In this document: positions 26,486-35,181 of the stretch, piece after piece | Numbering within the stretch: the first letter of the stretch is position 1 | Layout of the letters: every line of letters starts with the position of its first letter | Virus record (IMG/VR): IMGVR_UViG_3300014202_000270 | Origin: a virus | Length of the DNA: 64,000 nucleotides | Reading direction: 5' to 3' (one strand) | Notes under the pieces: generated by a model | Databases searched by the model: none | What the model was told of the DNA's origin: nothing | Seen by the model: the letters and a program-made list of their open reading frames with translations, nothing else | Position numbers and translations under genes: made by a program

Positions 26486-26887
26486 TCATCGTGTTCTAAG
26501 ATTTAGAGTTACGGCGTCCTCCATGCTAAGTGTGTCATGAATATAATTATGACAGGTTCTGCATACAGGCAGCCAGGTTGATTCTTTTAAATGATTATCG
26601 CCAGTGCGACCAGCTTTATGATGCACATCTGTAGCATTCAGCGTACATCCTGGAAGATTAGCTTTACACAATGGATTTTTATCCATGAATACTTTTCTGA
26701 GTTTTGTGTATAGAGCATCATCTAAAACCCTCTTAGGAGAGCGGGGGCGTATTGGTTTTTTAGTCTGCAATTCTTGACTAGGTTTTTGGCAACTCCAGCA
26801 TGATTTACAATACTTTTCACGCCCCACGCTCTTCCATATGAGGGACTCCCTTTTACAAGACGAACATATTTTCTTTTTAGCTTTCAC
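26486..26887 (-). CDS. HNH endonuclease with zinc-binding Cys pairs
   Basis: DVHHKAGR...VCRTCHNYIH. Confidence 0.8.
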   Translation of the reverse strand: MKAKKKICSSCKRESLIWKSVGREKYCKSCWSCQKPSQELQTKKPIRPRSPKRVLDDALYTKLRKVFMDKNPLCKANLPGCTLNATDVHHKAGRTGDNHLKESTWLPVCRTCHNYIHDTLSMEDAVTLNLRTR

Positions 26888-27374
26888 AAGCTTTTAGTCG
26901 AGGTAGAAAATTAGGATCTTGTTCAAGTTGATAGAAGTTTGGTGGTAAAATACGCTCTTTAATAAATCTCTCAACTAAATCTTTCTTAGAAATGTTGAGG
27001 TCTTTAAAAGAAGAGGTGTTTACTACTTCTAAGGAGGGTTCTTGTTCAGCAAGTAACTCTTGCACGAGGCTGCTTTTAGGGAACAATACGGTAAATAACC
27101 GGTTTGTGCGATCCATTACAACTTCGTGTTTCATTAGATTTACGACTTGCTGTGCTCTCTTATGCACTTTAAAGATACGAGATTTTTTCTGTTTGCTCAT
27201 AACTTTAAGTTCTGTTTCTTCATACACTTTTAAGCCATATATAGCTCTGTGATAAAGAAAGTTTTGGTACTGCGAGAATTCATCTTTTTCATAATTCATT
27301 ACTCGCTTGGGAGAGACTTGGTACTCTTGCATTTTGCCAGAGTACATTGGTTTTGAATAAGGTTTTTGTGACAT
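26877..27374 (-). CDS. Conserved hypothetical phage protein
   Basis: 165-aa ORF. Confidence 0.65.
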   Translation of the reverse strand: MSQKPYSKPMYSGKMQEYQVSPKRVMNYEKDEFSQYQNFLYHRAIYGLKVYEETELKVMSKQKKSRIFKVHKRAQQVVNLMKHEVVMDRTNRLFTVLFPKSSLVQELLAEQEPSLEVVNTSSFKDLNISKKDLVERFIKERILPPNFYQLEQDPNFLPRLKACES

Positions 27375-27449
27375 AATTGATAGATAGATTTAATTTACAA
27401 TTTTGATATTGGGGGCCCACTAGGAGCCCCCGTTATCGTTAATACATAA

Positions 27450-27986
27450 TTACAGATCAAATGTGCCTTGGATGGCGTCATCACTGTCATCATCACCGGC
27501 GAACACTTCTTCCTCTTCTTCAACTTCCTCTTCTTCAAAAGTAGGTTGAACACGAGTAGATACTAAGCTTGCTTGATAAGCAGCTTTGATATCATCTGTG
27601 TTATTGTGCTGAATAGTTTCATCTTGTGCATTGATGTCTTCACGGAAGAATGTTTTGCGGTAGATGGGTTGACCATCAACGCAACAAATAACACCGGTAG
27701 CACCAGCAACTTTGTAATCGCGTGCCGGTTCTTTAGTGTTAAATGGCTCTAAAGACTCGATTACGACGATTTTACCAGGCAACTTTTGGCCTTTGAAGAA
27801 TCCCATTTCTGTGAGATCTTCCATTTTACCATGAATAAGAGCGCTCATTTTAGATTTGCGCAAGAATCCTTTGTCATCAATTTGTACTCGGGTTTGTTCT
27901 ACCCTGACGTGTCCCCATTCAGCGTTATTCTCGCTAGGGATGATTACATTTCCAAGTTGGTCTGCTGTTACTACAACTGGGTTCAT
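27450..27986 (-). CDS. Hypothetical protein with acidic tail (SSB-like?)
   Basis: C-terminus EEEEVEEEEEVFAGDDDSDDAIQGTFDL. Confidence 0.55.
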   Translation of the reverse strand: MNPVVVTADQLGNVIIPSENNAEWGHVRVEQTRVQIDDKGFLRKSKMSALIHGKMEDLTEMGFFKGQKLPGKIVVIESLEPFNTKEPARDYKVAGATGVICCVDGQPIYRKTFFREDINAQDETIQHNNTDDIKAAYQASLVSTRVQPTFEEEEVEEEEEVFAGDDDSDDAIQGTFDL

Positions 27987-28081
27987 AAAAAATGATTGAA
28001 TTGGTTAAGCCCAAAATTAAAAAACTCCACTGCGCACGGGCCTTTATGCACAGTAGAGTATCACAACTTCGTGTTGCAATA

Positions 28082-28396
28082 TTATTCGAGAGGATCTATG
28101 TCCTCTAATAAGTCAGTATCATCAACAATTATATCTTCAACAGATTCTATATCTTCATTATCATCTACAACCTCATCAAGGTCTGGATCATAGTATCTTT
28201 GAGATTTATTAATTGAGGACCCACTAAATGGGTTGTGAATTATGCTGCCACAATCAAGAGAAATTAAGAATTGTATCTCCTCATGATCTAACTGAAGGTA
28301 TTGCTCAAGTGACATTGAGATTACTTTTCCGTTTGGTAATTGATACAGCACGAGCAAAGTTAAATAAATAAAATTTATAAATGGGGGGCCTCTCAC
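28082..28396 (-). CDS. Hypothetical acidic protein
   Basis: 104-aa ORF; start uncertain. Confidence 0.5.
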   Translation of the reverse strand: MRGPPFINFIYLTLLVLYQLPNGKVISMSLEQYLQLDHEEIQFLISLDCGSIIHNPFSGSSINKSQRYYDPDLDEVVDDNEDIESVEDIIVDDTDLLEDIDPLE

Positions 28397-28425
28397 CCCC
28401 CATATATAAACAATCTACCTCTCTG

Positions 28426-28854
28426 TCAATCTTTTTCTAACAAGGGATTCTTACAGTATTCTGACATTTTTATCAGTTCAATTTCAGTAAACCTTTTTAT
28501 ATCAGATTCTTTTTCAGGATCACGGTTATCAGCAAAATAGGTTTTAACCTCATAAGATTTTTGATGATAAATAGAAAAGTCTGTGATTATGCCCATCACA
28601 TAAGTAGCGTTGTCAATGAAAAATATAAGATCTTTCTTTAGAGAATTTTCTTCGCTGTAATTGTAGCCTAAGTTTTTTGTATGAACATATACATACTCAC
28701 CAACTTTAAATTTAGGCTGCGGCAACTTTTCCTTACTAAAAAGCTCTAGATACATTGCATACAAATAGTCTTTTTCAAAACCTTGATAGGTGTTTCTTTC
28801 CAAAAGTTCTAAGATGTCTTTTACAAAATCTTTAGGTGTTTGTGGAATCTTCAT
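28426..28854 (-). CDS. Hypothetical protein
   Basis: 142-aa ORF. Confidence 0.6.
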   Translation of the reverse strand: MKIPQTPKDFVKDILELLERNTYQGFEKDYLYAMYLELFSKEKLPQPKFKVGEYVYVHTKNLGYNYSEENSLKKDLIFFIDNATYVMGIITDFSIYHQKSYEVKTYFADNRDPEKESDIKRFTEIELIKMSEYCKNPLLEKD

Positions 28855-29210
28855 TTGAGGTCACATTTATAAAATTTAGGGTACATTAGATTACTAACCT
28901 TTATCCAGTAGTTAAATGTAGTGGGTTTAAGGTGGCCACTAGGACCACCATTCCACTTTCTAGCAATTACCTCTGGATTAGTATAGTTCTTGATTTCAAC
29001 CCATTTCTCAAATGCTTCTACAGATTTTGTTCTAGAGTATCTGTCATCAAGACTAAACTCTATTCCTAATCTATTAAGTTCAGCAACCATAATTGGCCTG
29101 ATTTGTAGTACACCTACGGCATCTTCTTTAGGGTTAAATGCATTAGGGTTACCACCACTCTCTACCATTATCATAGCAGATATGAGTTTGAATAAGATTA
29201 ATCCTTTCAT
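28851..29210 (-). CDS. Lysozyme-fold (SLT/lytic transglycosylase-like) protein
   Basis: MIMVESGGNPNA...AVGVLQI...ARKWNGG. Confidence 0.75.
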   Translation of the reverse strand: MKGLILFKLISAMIMVESGGNPNAFNPKEDAVGVLQIRPIMVAELNRLGIEFSLDDRYSRTKSVEAFEKWVEIKNYTNPEVIARKWNGGPSGHLKPTTFNYWIKVSNLMYPKFYKCDLK

Positions 29211-29344
29211 AGTTCTTGTTTTTTAGAGATTTCTGAAATGTGTTCTATAATGACACTCATGAAAGGAGTAAAATCCAATCCATAATATGCCTCGGTTGTG
29301 TCTCTCCAACCTAATTCTTGAAACTTTTTATCTAATTCTTCCAT
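29207..29344 (-). CDS. Small hypothetical protein (45 aa, MEELDKK...)
   Basis: Start re-placed downstream of the tRNA-like element. Confidence 0.5.
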   Translation of the reverse strand: MEELDKKFQELGWRDTTEAYYGLDFTPFMSVIIEHISEISKKQEL

Positions 29345-29359
29345 TTGTTTTAAATTAGT

Positions 29360-29431
29360 AGTCAGGGCGGGATTTGAAATTGCATTTGTCACAATATTTT
29401 GTTTAGCGTCTACCAATTCCGCCACCTGACT
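29360..29431 (-). tRNA. Degenerate tRNA-like element (72 nt)
   Basis: Acceptor AGTCAGG/CCTGACT; canonical D arm TGGCGGAATTGGTAGACGC; TTCAAATCCCGC T-loop remnant; anticodon and T stems decayed. Confidence 0.7.
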
Positions 29432-29436
29432 GTACT

Positions 29437-29574
29437 TTATATATAAATCTGAATGATTAAGAAAGGAATTTCTAATGAAATATATCTACGATTTGGTATA
29501 GTAGAAGTCCCCCATGTTATCATCAATCCTATTTGATTGAAAGTCATCAGTCTTCCCCATTTATATTCTTTCAT
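29437..29574 (-). CDS. Small hypothetical protein (45 aa)
   Basis: Hand translation MKEYKWGRLMTFNQIGLMITWGTSTIPNRRYISLEIPFLIIQIYI. Confidence 0.55.
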   Translation of the reverse strand: MKEYKWGRLMTFNQIGLMITWGTSTIPNRRYISLEIPFLIIQIYI

Positions 29575-29590
29575 ACTTTTTTTAAGTTAA

Positions 29591-29625
29591 TTTGTAGTCA
29601 GGACAGGATTCCGCCACCTGACTAT
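29591..29625 (-). repeat. 35-bp tRNA-derived mini-hairpin repeat, copy 1
   Basis: tttgtagtcaggacaggattccgccacctgactat, identical to 29941-29975. Confidence 0.9.
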
Positions 29626-29627
29626 TT

Positions 29628-29921
29628 TTAATCTGTTACGTAATTCAAATTGTGTTTTTGTGCAACTTCTATAAACTTATCCTTAACAAAGTCGTCTATC
29701 GATTTATATTCTCCACTATCCTTGGCCATTTCCCACCACCAACCTCTAATCTCGTCTAATTGTGAGATATCATTGATGAATGGATAATGTAAATCCCTAT
29801 TGTGTAAGTCAATCAGCATCACTGAATAATTTTCAATATCAGTTCCTGCACTTAAATCGTTACCATAGACTTCACATTCTACAATAGTTTGATTTCTTTG
29901 ATTCCTTAAAAAATGTATCAT
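29628..29921 (-). CDS. Hypothetical protein flanked by the 35-bp repeats
   Basis: 97-aa ORF. Confidence 0.7.
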   Translation of the reverse strand: MIHFLRNQRNQTIVECEVYGNDLSAGTDIENYSVMLIDLHNRDLHYPFINDISQLDEIRGWWWEMAKDSGEYKSIDDFVKDKFIEVAQKHNLNYVTD

Positions 29922-29940
29922 TTTGTTTGTTTTTATTTAG

Positions 29941-29975
29941 TTTGTAGTCAGGACAGGATTCCGCCACCTGACTAT
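29941..29975 (-). repeat. 35-bp tRNA-derived mini-hairpin repeat, copy 2
   Basis: Identical to 29591-29625. Confidence 0.9.
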
Positions 29976-29981
29976 GTTTAT

Positions 29982-30389
29982 CTATTCTCTAGTCCAGAGA
30001 ATATAAAACTTGTCTTTACTCGTAGTTTCTATAGATGCGTGGTATGAGTTACCTTTTGTATAAACTCTCCACGATTTATTACTTAAAACTACAAAATGTT
30101 TGTTATAATCTTGAATTGCGGCGTTAAACTTAAATGCATCGTTATAAAAGATAGCGTTTGTTATACATTCGCCATTTTTGTAAAACAATAGAGCAACTCT
30201 TTCCGGGTGCTCATGAGATAATAGAGTAACTACCACTTGACCTTTATAGTCTTCTTCTTTGTCAATGTAGTTCCCGTCTTCTGTTAGGGACTCTTTCATT
30301 GCTTTGTAAGTGTGATCTATATAGATCATGTTTTGAGCGTTTGCAGCGCTTCCTATAAACAGTAATAAGAGAAATAATAGATTTTTCAT
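29982..30389 (-). CDS. Secreted hypothetical protein (signal peptide)
   Basis: MKNLLFLLLLFIGSAANA|Q. Confidence 0.7.
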   Translation of the reverse strand: MKNLLFLLLLFIGSAANAQNMIYIDHTYKAMKESLTEDGNYIDKEEDYKGQVVVTLLSHEHPERVALLFYKNGECITNAIFYNDAFKFNAAIQDYNKHFVVLSNKSWRVYTKGNSYHASIETTSKDKFYILWTRE

Positions 30390-30406
30390 AATTGATTGTG
30401 TATAAA

Positions 30407-30432
30407 GGGCGGGGATTAGTTTCCCCGCCCAT
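30407..30432. terminator. GC-rich hairpin, probable terminator or processing site
   Basis: gggcgggga/tccccgccc inverted repeat. Confidence 0.5.
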
Positions 30433-30446
30433 GGTTCAAAAATAGT

Positions 30447-30740
30447 TTAATCAAACATTTTCTTGAATGATTGAATCAAGTTCATCATGACTTTTGGGTC
30501 ACTGGCAACCCGGAGTTTCATGACTTCGCAGCCTACCATGTAGCCAACTGCTAGAAGTCTACGTTCATACAATGAGAGTTCAATACCGTTAATATTAAAC
30601 TCATCACTTTTAACGTGATTTCCAGAACTTTCAAGACAGCTTGCTACTGTTGAATCATCTTCTCTGACAACTTTGTCTACAAATTTGTCATCTTGTTCCC
30701 ACAAATTTTGTGGAATGTTTAAAGCTTCATTTACGGTCAT
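30447..30740 (-). CDS. Hypothetical protein
   Basis: 97 aa; N-terminal NEALNI shared with 30776-31000. Confidence 0.6.
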   Translation of the reverse strand: MTVNEALNIPQNLWEQDDKFVDKVVREDDSTVASCLESSGNHVKSDEFNINGIELSLYERRLLAVGYMVGCEVMKLRVASDPKVMMNLIQSFKKMFD

Positions 30741-30775
30741 AAAAAATGGATTTAGTGGTTAATTGATTAAATGAT

Positions 30776-31000
30776 TTAGGATTGACGAATAGTGGACATA
30801 TAGTGGCCCAAGGCAAAGATTGAGAAGATCGCTTCTTTTTCTTCTGTAGTAAGATCTTCTTTGCCTGTAATTCCAGAATACAAACTTGTTAAAGCCTGAT
30901 CAAGCGTTTCACTTGCTTTAAGGGTTTCTACAGATTTTCCTGCAAGCTCTTCTGCTCTTTCTTCTGAGATGTTTAGAGCTTCATTTAAGGATTGTGACAT
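30776..31000 (-). CDS. Hypothetical protein
   Basis: 74-aa ORF. Confidence 0.6.
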   Translation of the reverse strand: MSQSLNEALNISEERAEELAGKSVETLKASETLDQALTSLYSGITGKEDLTTEEKEAIFSIFALGHYMSTIRQS

Positions 31001-31116
31001 AAAATTGAGATAAATGTTTGTAAGTTTATAAAGGTATACTTACGACCACCTATAAGTTTGGCGGGCCCCCCAAGTTGGGATGGAGTTAGGAAACGTTGTG
31101 GGAGACCCGCCGTAGT

Positions 31117-31398
31117 TTACTGTTCGTTGTTTAACATATAGATTGCGTAATCTATGTTGTTGCGATAAGCTTGTAGGCGTGTGGTTAACACAGAATCTTC
31201 TTCTACATATTCTAAATCTTCATTAACCCAATCACGCATATCTTCCAGGGCGTTGATAGCTTGGATTTTCTCGTAAGAAAGTTGTTTTAGCGGCGGCGCC
31301 GGTTCTTTATCAAGAGTCTCAATAGTAAAAGCACTAATGAATATACCGGTAAGAACCACAGCAATGGCTAATAGAATGTTTTGAAATCTTTGTTTCAC
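31117..31398 (-). CDS. Hypothetical membrane-anchored protein
   Basis: N-terminal hydrophobic helix. Confidence 0.6.
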   Translation of the reverse strand: MKQRFQNILLAIAVVLTGIFISAFTIETLDKEPAPPLKQLSYEKIQAINALEDMRDWVNEDLEYVEEDSVLTTRLQAYRNNIDYAIYMLNNEQ

Positions 31399-31590
31399 GG
31401 TTTTTGGTTTTTAAAAGAGGTTATTCATCCACTAGAGTAGGATGATTCACTGTGTTTTACACCTAAAACTTTGATAAAGGTTTAACAAACCTATAAAGTA
31501 CTGCAGCACATTTTGTGTTATTCTGCATTGTTCTTAAATCAAAGAAAAACTGGTGCCCTCAACAACTTGGGAAGTTATTAAGTTTTTTAC

Positions 31591-31703
31591 CCCTCTGCAC
31601 TCAGTTGTAGTCCCACACTTTCGACTATCCATAGAAACCTATTTATGGTGACTACACCGCCTATGGTAGTATGTGGTTTACGTGTCTCTACTACTACAAC
31701 TGA
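31591..31703 (-). ncRNA. Candidate structured RNA element A
   Basis: 19-nt flank ccctctgcactcagttgta shared with element B; 11-bp closing helix 31601-31611/31693-31703. Confidence 0.5.
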
Positions 31704-31718
31704 AATGCATTAGGAATA

Positions 31719-31859
31719 TCATAATTTTACTAATAAGTTTAGCTCAACTGTATATTTTTTTTTATGACCGTCTACTACAGTAGCTATGTTTTCTTCAACA
31801 TTGTGTATTTCATAGACATGAGAATCGCCTTTTACTTTTACAAAATCACCTTTTTTCAT
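31719..31859 (-). CDS. Small hypothetical protein (46 aa, KOW/SH3-like start)
   Basis: Hand translation MKKGDFVKVKGDSHVYEIHNVEENIATVVDGHKKKYTVELNLLVKL. Confidence 0.55.
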   Translation of the reverse strand: MKKGDFVKVKGDSHVYEIHNVEENIATVVDGHKKKYTVELNLLVKL

Positions 31860-31896
31860 AATGTTTATTTTTAAAATGATTGATAATTAATTAGTT

Positions 31897-31998
31897 ATCC
31901 CTCTGCACTCAGTTGTAATAGTTTTAGTCCTATTGTTCCAATAACTACTAAGGTGAGACTCTACAATACTCACATTACAACTGCTCACCCCTTGGGAG
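31897..31998 (-). ncRNA. Candidate structured RNA element B
   Basis: Same 19-nt flank at 31899-31917; 10-bp helix 31910-31919/31974-31983; internal hairpins tattg/caata and gtgag/ctcac. Confidence 0.5.
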
Positions 31999-32254
31999 CT
32001 GATTAAAACGCTGACTGGTATATTATATCTTTACCTAAAAAGGATTATCCAGATATAACGATAGTCTATTAATCAGGTAGTTTCACATCTTATCACGAGT
32101 ATTCAAATAAGCTTTACGTGTTTAAGAAGTCTTACCTCTCCTAGGATGAATGTGCATCGGGGATAATGAAGCCAGCACTATTTAGCACACTATTTCTGGT
32201 TACAAGGAAACATTTGTCATAAGACCGCCGAGTTTCTTAGTGCTGGCTTTAATA

Positions 32255-32602
32255 CTAATAGTATTCTTCATCTTGGTCAGCATATCCTATATCAGGAGAT
32301 ACATATCTCAGTCCTTCCTGATTAACATGGTGAACAATAGAATGATCATAACCAAATTGAAGATACATTTGCTCGTTATCTAACTTGTTGTTAGCAATGG
32401 TGTAATCATGAGATAAATTCTCATAATTATTAAACTTCTCCACTATGCGAGCAATGGCACCTTTTTCAGACCTTAAAGCATCACCCACCTTAAAATATTT
32501 CTCTTTATGAGATTTAAGGTGAGTGAGCTTATGGTCTTTGAGGAATTGTTCATACTCTTCTTCTGAATAATTCCAAGACATTTCAAATGTGTACTTAGCC
32601 AT
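32255..32602 (-). CDS. Hypothetical protein
   Basis: 115-aa ORF. Confidence 0.6.
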   Translation of the reverse strand: MAKYTFEMSWNYSEEEYEQFLKDHKLTHLKSHKEKYFKVGDALRSEKGAIARIVEKFNNYENLSHDYTIANNKLDNEQMYLQFGYDHSIVHHVNQEGLRYVSPDIGYADQDEEYY

Positions 32603-33120
32603 AAAATATAGGTCGTTCAGATTATCCTGCTAATAGACCACAGCAGCTTGTTGAGGACTCGCAATCTTTGGTAGATCACTTACAAGGTTAGTATTTTCCC
32701 CCTGTCGGTTGTTATTTCTCATATAAATAGGATTCAACAGATTACCAGTCTGCATCATGTGGCTTAACACATATACTCCTAAATTAATATGGTTCGTCAC
32801 AAACCATTAAGCATCTACCTCTGTGACTTTCTTGAGATAGAGATAAGCGTCAACAAAGAATAAATTCTTTATAATACTTCTAAAGTTATATAACTTCCAC
32901 AACATATCAAGTTGCTTATAACTGCATGGTTTTTAAGTCTGCACAAACGCTTAATCATAGAGATTATATCTCATATGATACCATTACACTCTGCAAAAGT
33001 GTTTGATACTATCTATTTTACTTGCAGTAATAGATAGAATGGTGTCGTTGCCCCACATGCTTGTCAAGGTTTATCAACCTTAAAGAAAAATTTGGAAGCT
33101 TACGGTTTACCAACCTTGGT

Positions 33121-33447
33121 CTACCAACCAGTCAAGCCATCAGGATACTTTTTATCGTATTCTTTCTTTAGCTCTTCTAGTTTCGCCGGGAAATCAAGAA
33201 TGCTTAGACCCTTAAGCCCACGCATATCATTAGTTTCCTTAAGCCAGTAGATAAAACCAATAGTACAATGTACTTTGATTTTAGAAATGTCTTGATTGTC
33301 AATCATGGTGATTAGGTATTTGAGTTGTTTATGGTCGTGTGTAAAAAGTTCTGTGCTATTACCCCCGCGGCGGATTCTCTTTATCAACAAATCAAATCCC
33401 TTATATAAGAGAAGAGAAAAAGACAATAGATAAGATAAGAGTAGCAA
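33121..33447 (-). CDS. Hypothetical protein (real start probably internal, MIDNQ...)
   Basis: ORF track; the 5' part looks non-coding. Confidence 0.4.
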   Translation of the reverse strand: MLLLSYLLSFSLLLYKGFDLLIKRIRRGGNSTELFTHDHKQLKYLITMIDNQDISKIKVHCTIGFIYWLKETNDMRGLKGLSILDFPAKLEELKKEYDKKYPDGLTGW

Positions 33448-33927
33448 CGCTAGGTATTCTCCGTGCTATATCTCCCAAATGTTATCTGGTGCCTGGCCTA
33501 AATTAGTTTGATTATCAAGTTACTAAGAATAGGGGGTATATGGCCACCCACTCACTGATACTCAAGCACTTACGTCGTGTTACTTAAAGTAAAACTGCTG
33601 TATTTATGTTGTTGTTGTGAGTGATAAGCGACCCCCACCAGTGATATCGTAAACAATCGCCTTTTCGCGAGTTTATCCACGCGGTGGGAAAGTGAGACTA
33701 ACTGCTTGATTATCAATACTAACTTCATCGTAAACAATTTTAGTTTTTAGCGTCTAGAGATGAGCGACACCCCGAGTGCAATTTTACTCGAGGTACTTGA
33801 TAATGAGAAGGTTAGGCTTATAACTCATAACCCGGCAGGCCCCGCTTGTTTCTGCGGGTGGATTTGAGGGTGGGCTTAACGAAGCAAAAGAATGTAAATT
33901 TGGCACACACTGAAAAAAAAGGTAATT

Positions 33928-33965
33928 AAAAAACAGGGTTACCCGCAAATGCGAGCAACCCTGTT
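33928..33965 (-). terminator. Intrinsic terminator
   Basis: aacagggtt/aaccctgtt stem with U-tract on the minus strand. Confidence 0.7.
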
Positions 33966-33980
33966 GTGTGCGAGATTAGG

Positions 33981-34505
33981 TTAGATATCGCCTAAACCTG
34001 CGTCTTCGGGTGTGGCCTGTACAGGCTCCTTAGACTTACGCTTTGGCGTCTCTTGCTGTGGTTCTTCATTGATAATATCATCAATGGCTTCCACGATAGG
34101 TTCCTGTGCAGGGGTTGGCGCGACAATACCGCTTGTTCCTGCGCGTAGGCCACGGCGGCGGGCAAGGATTTCCTCTGCGACCTGTTGTGCGACAGCTTGG
34201 CCTACAACACCGGGTAATGAGGCAGCGAATTCAGCGTCGTCGTAAGCTGTGTCAAAGCACATTTCGTAGCCATCACGACGATAATTGGGCTCAATCATCA
34301 TCACGCTAGGATAGGGTTTGCCTTGTGCGTCGTTTTCGCTGCGAAAGAACAGGGGTCTACCTTTGTCGTCTGCGACATAGTTGTTACCCTGAATTTCTTT
34401 GTACTCGGCGAGAGCGTCTTTGCTGCCGGTGACAACATAACGCTTGGTCAAGTTGCCTTTTTTGTTGGTGTATTTACCAACAAGACTTGCTTTTAATTGA
34501 GACAT
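33981..34505 (-). CDS. Hypothetical early protein
   Basis: 174-aa ORF. Confidence 0.7.
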   Translation of the reverse strand: MSQLKASLVGKYTNKKGNLTKRYVVTGSKDALAEYKEIQGNNYVADDKGRPLFFRSENDAQGKPYPSVMMIEPNYRRDGYEMCFDTAYDDAEFAASLPGVVGQAVAQQVAEEILARRRGLRAGTSGIVAPTPAQEPIVEAIDDIINEEPQQETPKRKSKEPVQATPEDAGLGDI

Positions 34506-34631
34506 AGTTTTTGGATTTAGTGGTTGTGTTGCAAAATTGCATTATGTCTTAACGGATTAAATGAATGTAAATTTGGCATAAACAGAAGCAAAAGCAACCG
34601 TGGCTCGAGGCCACGGCTACTTGTTCAGGTA

Positions 34632-35072
34632 CTACTCGGCTAGCCCTAAGCACTCAACGAGCTCAATGGGAATAAGGTGCGAATCGCGGCAATTAGTCTT
34701 TTTGCCAGGAATTGTTTCACCTGTAACTGCGTCTATCTGCGGGTGTTTCTGCACCTCATAGCGGTAGCGCTCATTGAATGGGTTAACACCAATCACCACG
34801 CATTCGCCATATTCAACGTAGGTACCATCTTCAGCACCTTCTGGTTTGTGATAATGGGTGTCTGTGCAGTACACCATGTCACCAACAGCAAACTTGGGCT
34901 CCTCGAAGGTACCTAATAGCACGTGCATCAGAGCTTCTTTGTTGCCGCATGTTTCTACAATGCAGTCAACGAGTAGATTGTTTACACCGTCGAGTTTTCT
35001 AGCGAGTTGTCGCTTAAGAAAATCTACTGGCAAATCTACACGCACAGTTTCGTTTTGAGATGTTTGTTTCAT
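34632..35072 (-). CDS. Hypothetical early protein
   Basis: 146-aa ORF. Confidence 0.7.
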   Translation of the reverse strand: MKQTSQNETVRVDLPVDFLKRQLARKLDGVNNLLVDCIVETCGNKEALMHVLLGTFEEPKFAVGDMVYCTDTHYHKPEGAEDGTYVEYGECVVIGVNPFNERYRYEVQKHPQIDAVTGETIPGKKTNCRDSHLIPIELVECLGLAE

Positions 35073-35181
35073 AATGTAAAAGGATTTAGTTAATTAACCA
35101 AGTGAATGTAAATTTGGCACACACACATACAAAAGGAATAACGAGGCTTGCGCCCCGTTATCCTAACCAAATACACCTTAT

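Noticed and set aside
29345-29425. N-terminal extension MAELVDAKQ... of ORF 29207-29425
   Set aside because: It is a translation of the tRNA-like D arm (GTGGCGGAATTGGTAGACGC); the start was moved to 29344
29591-29975. CRISPR mini-array from the 35-bp repeats
   Set aside because: Only two copies, 350 bp apart with a whole gene between them, clear tRNA ancestry and no cas genes
33673-33681. DnaA box as a stand-alone feature
   Set aside because: A single 8/9 match is expected by chance in 64 kb; kept only as weak context
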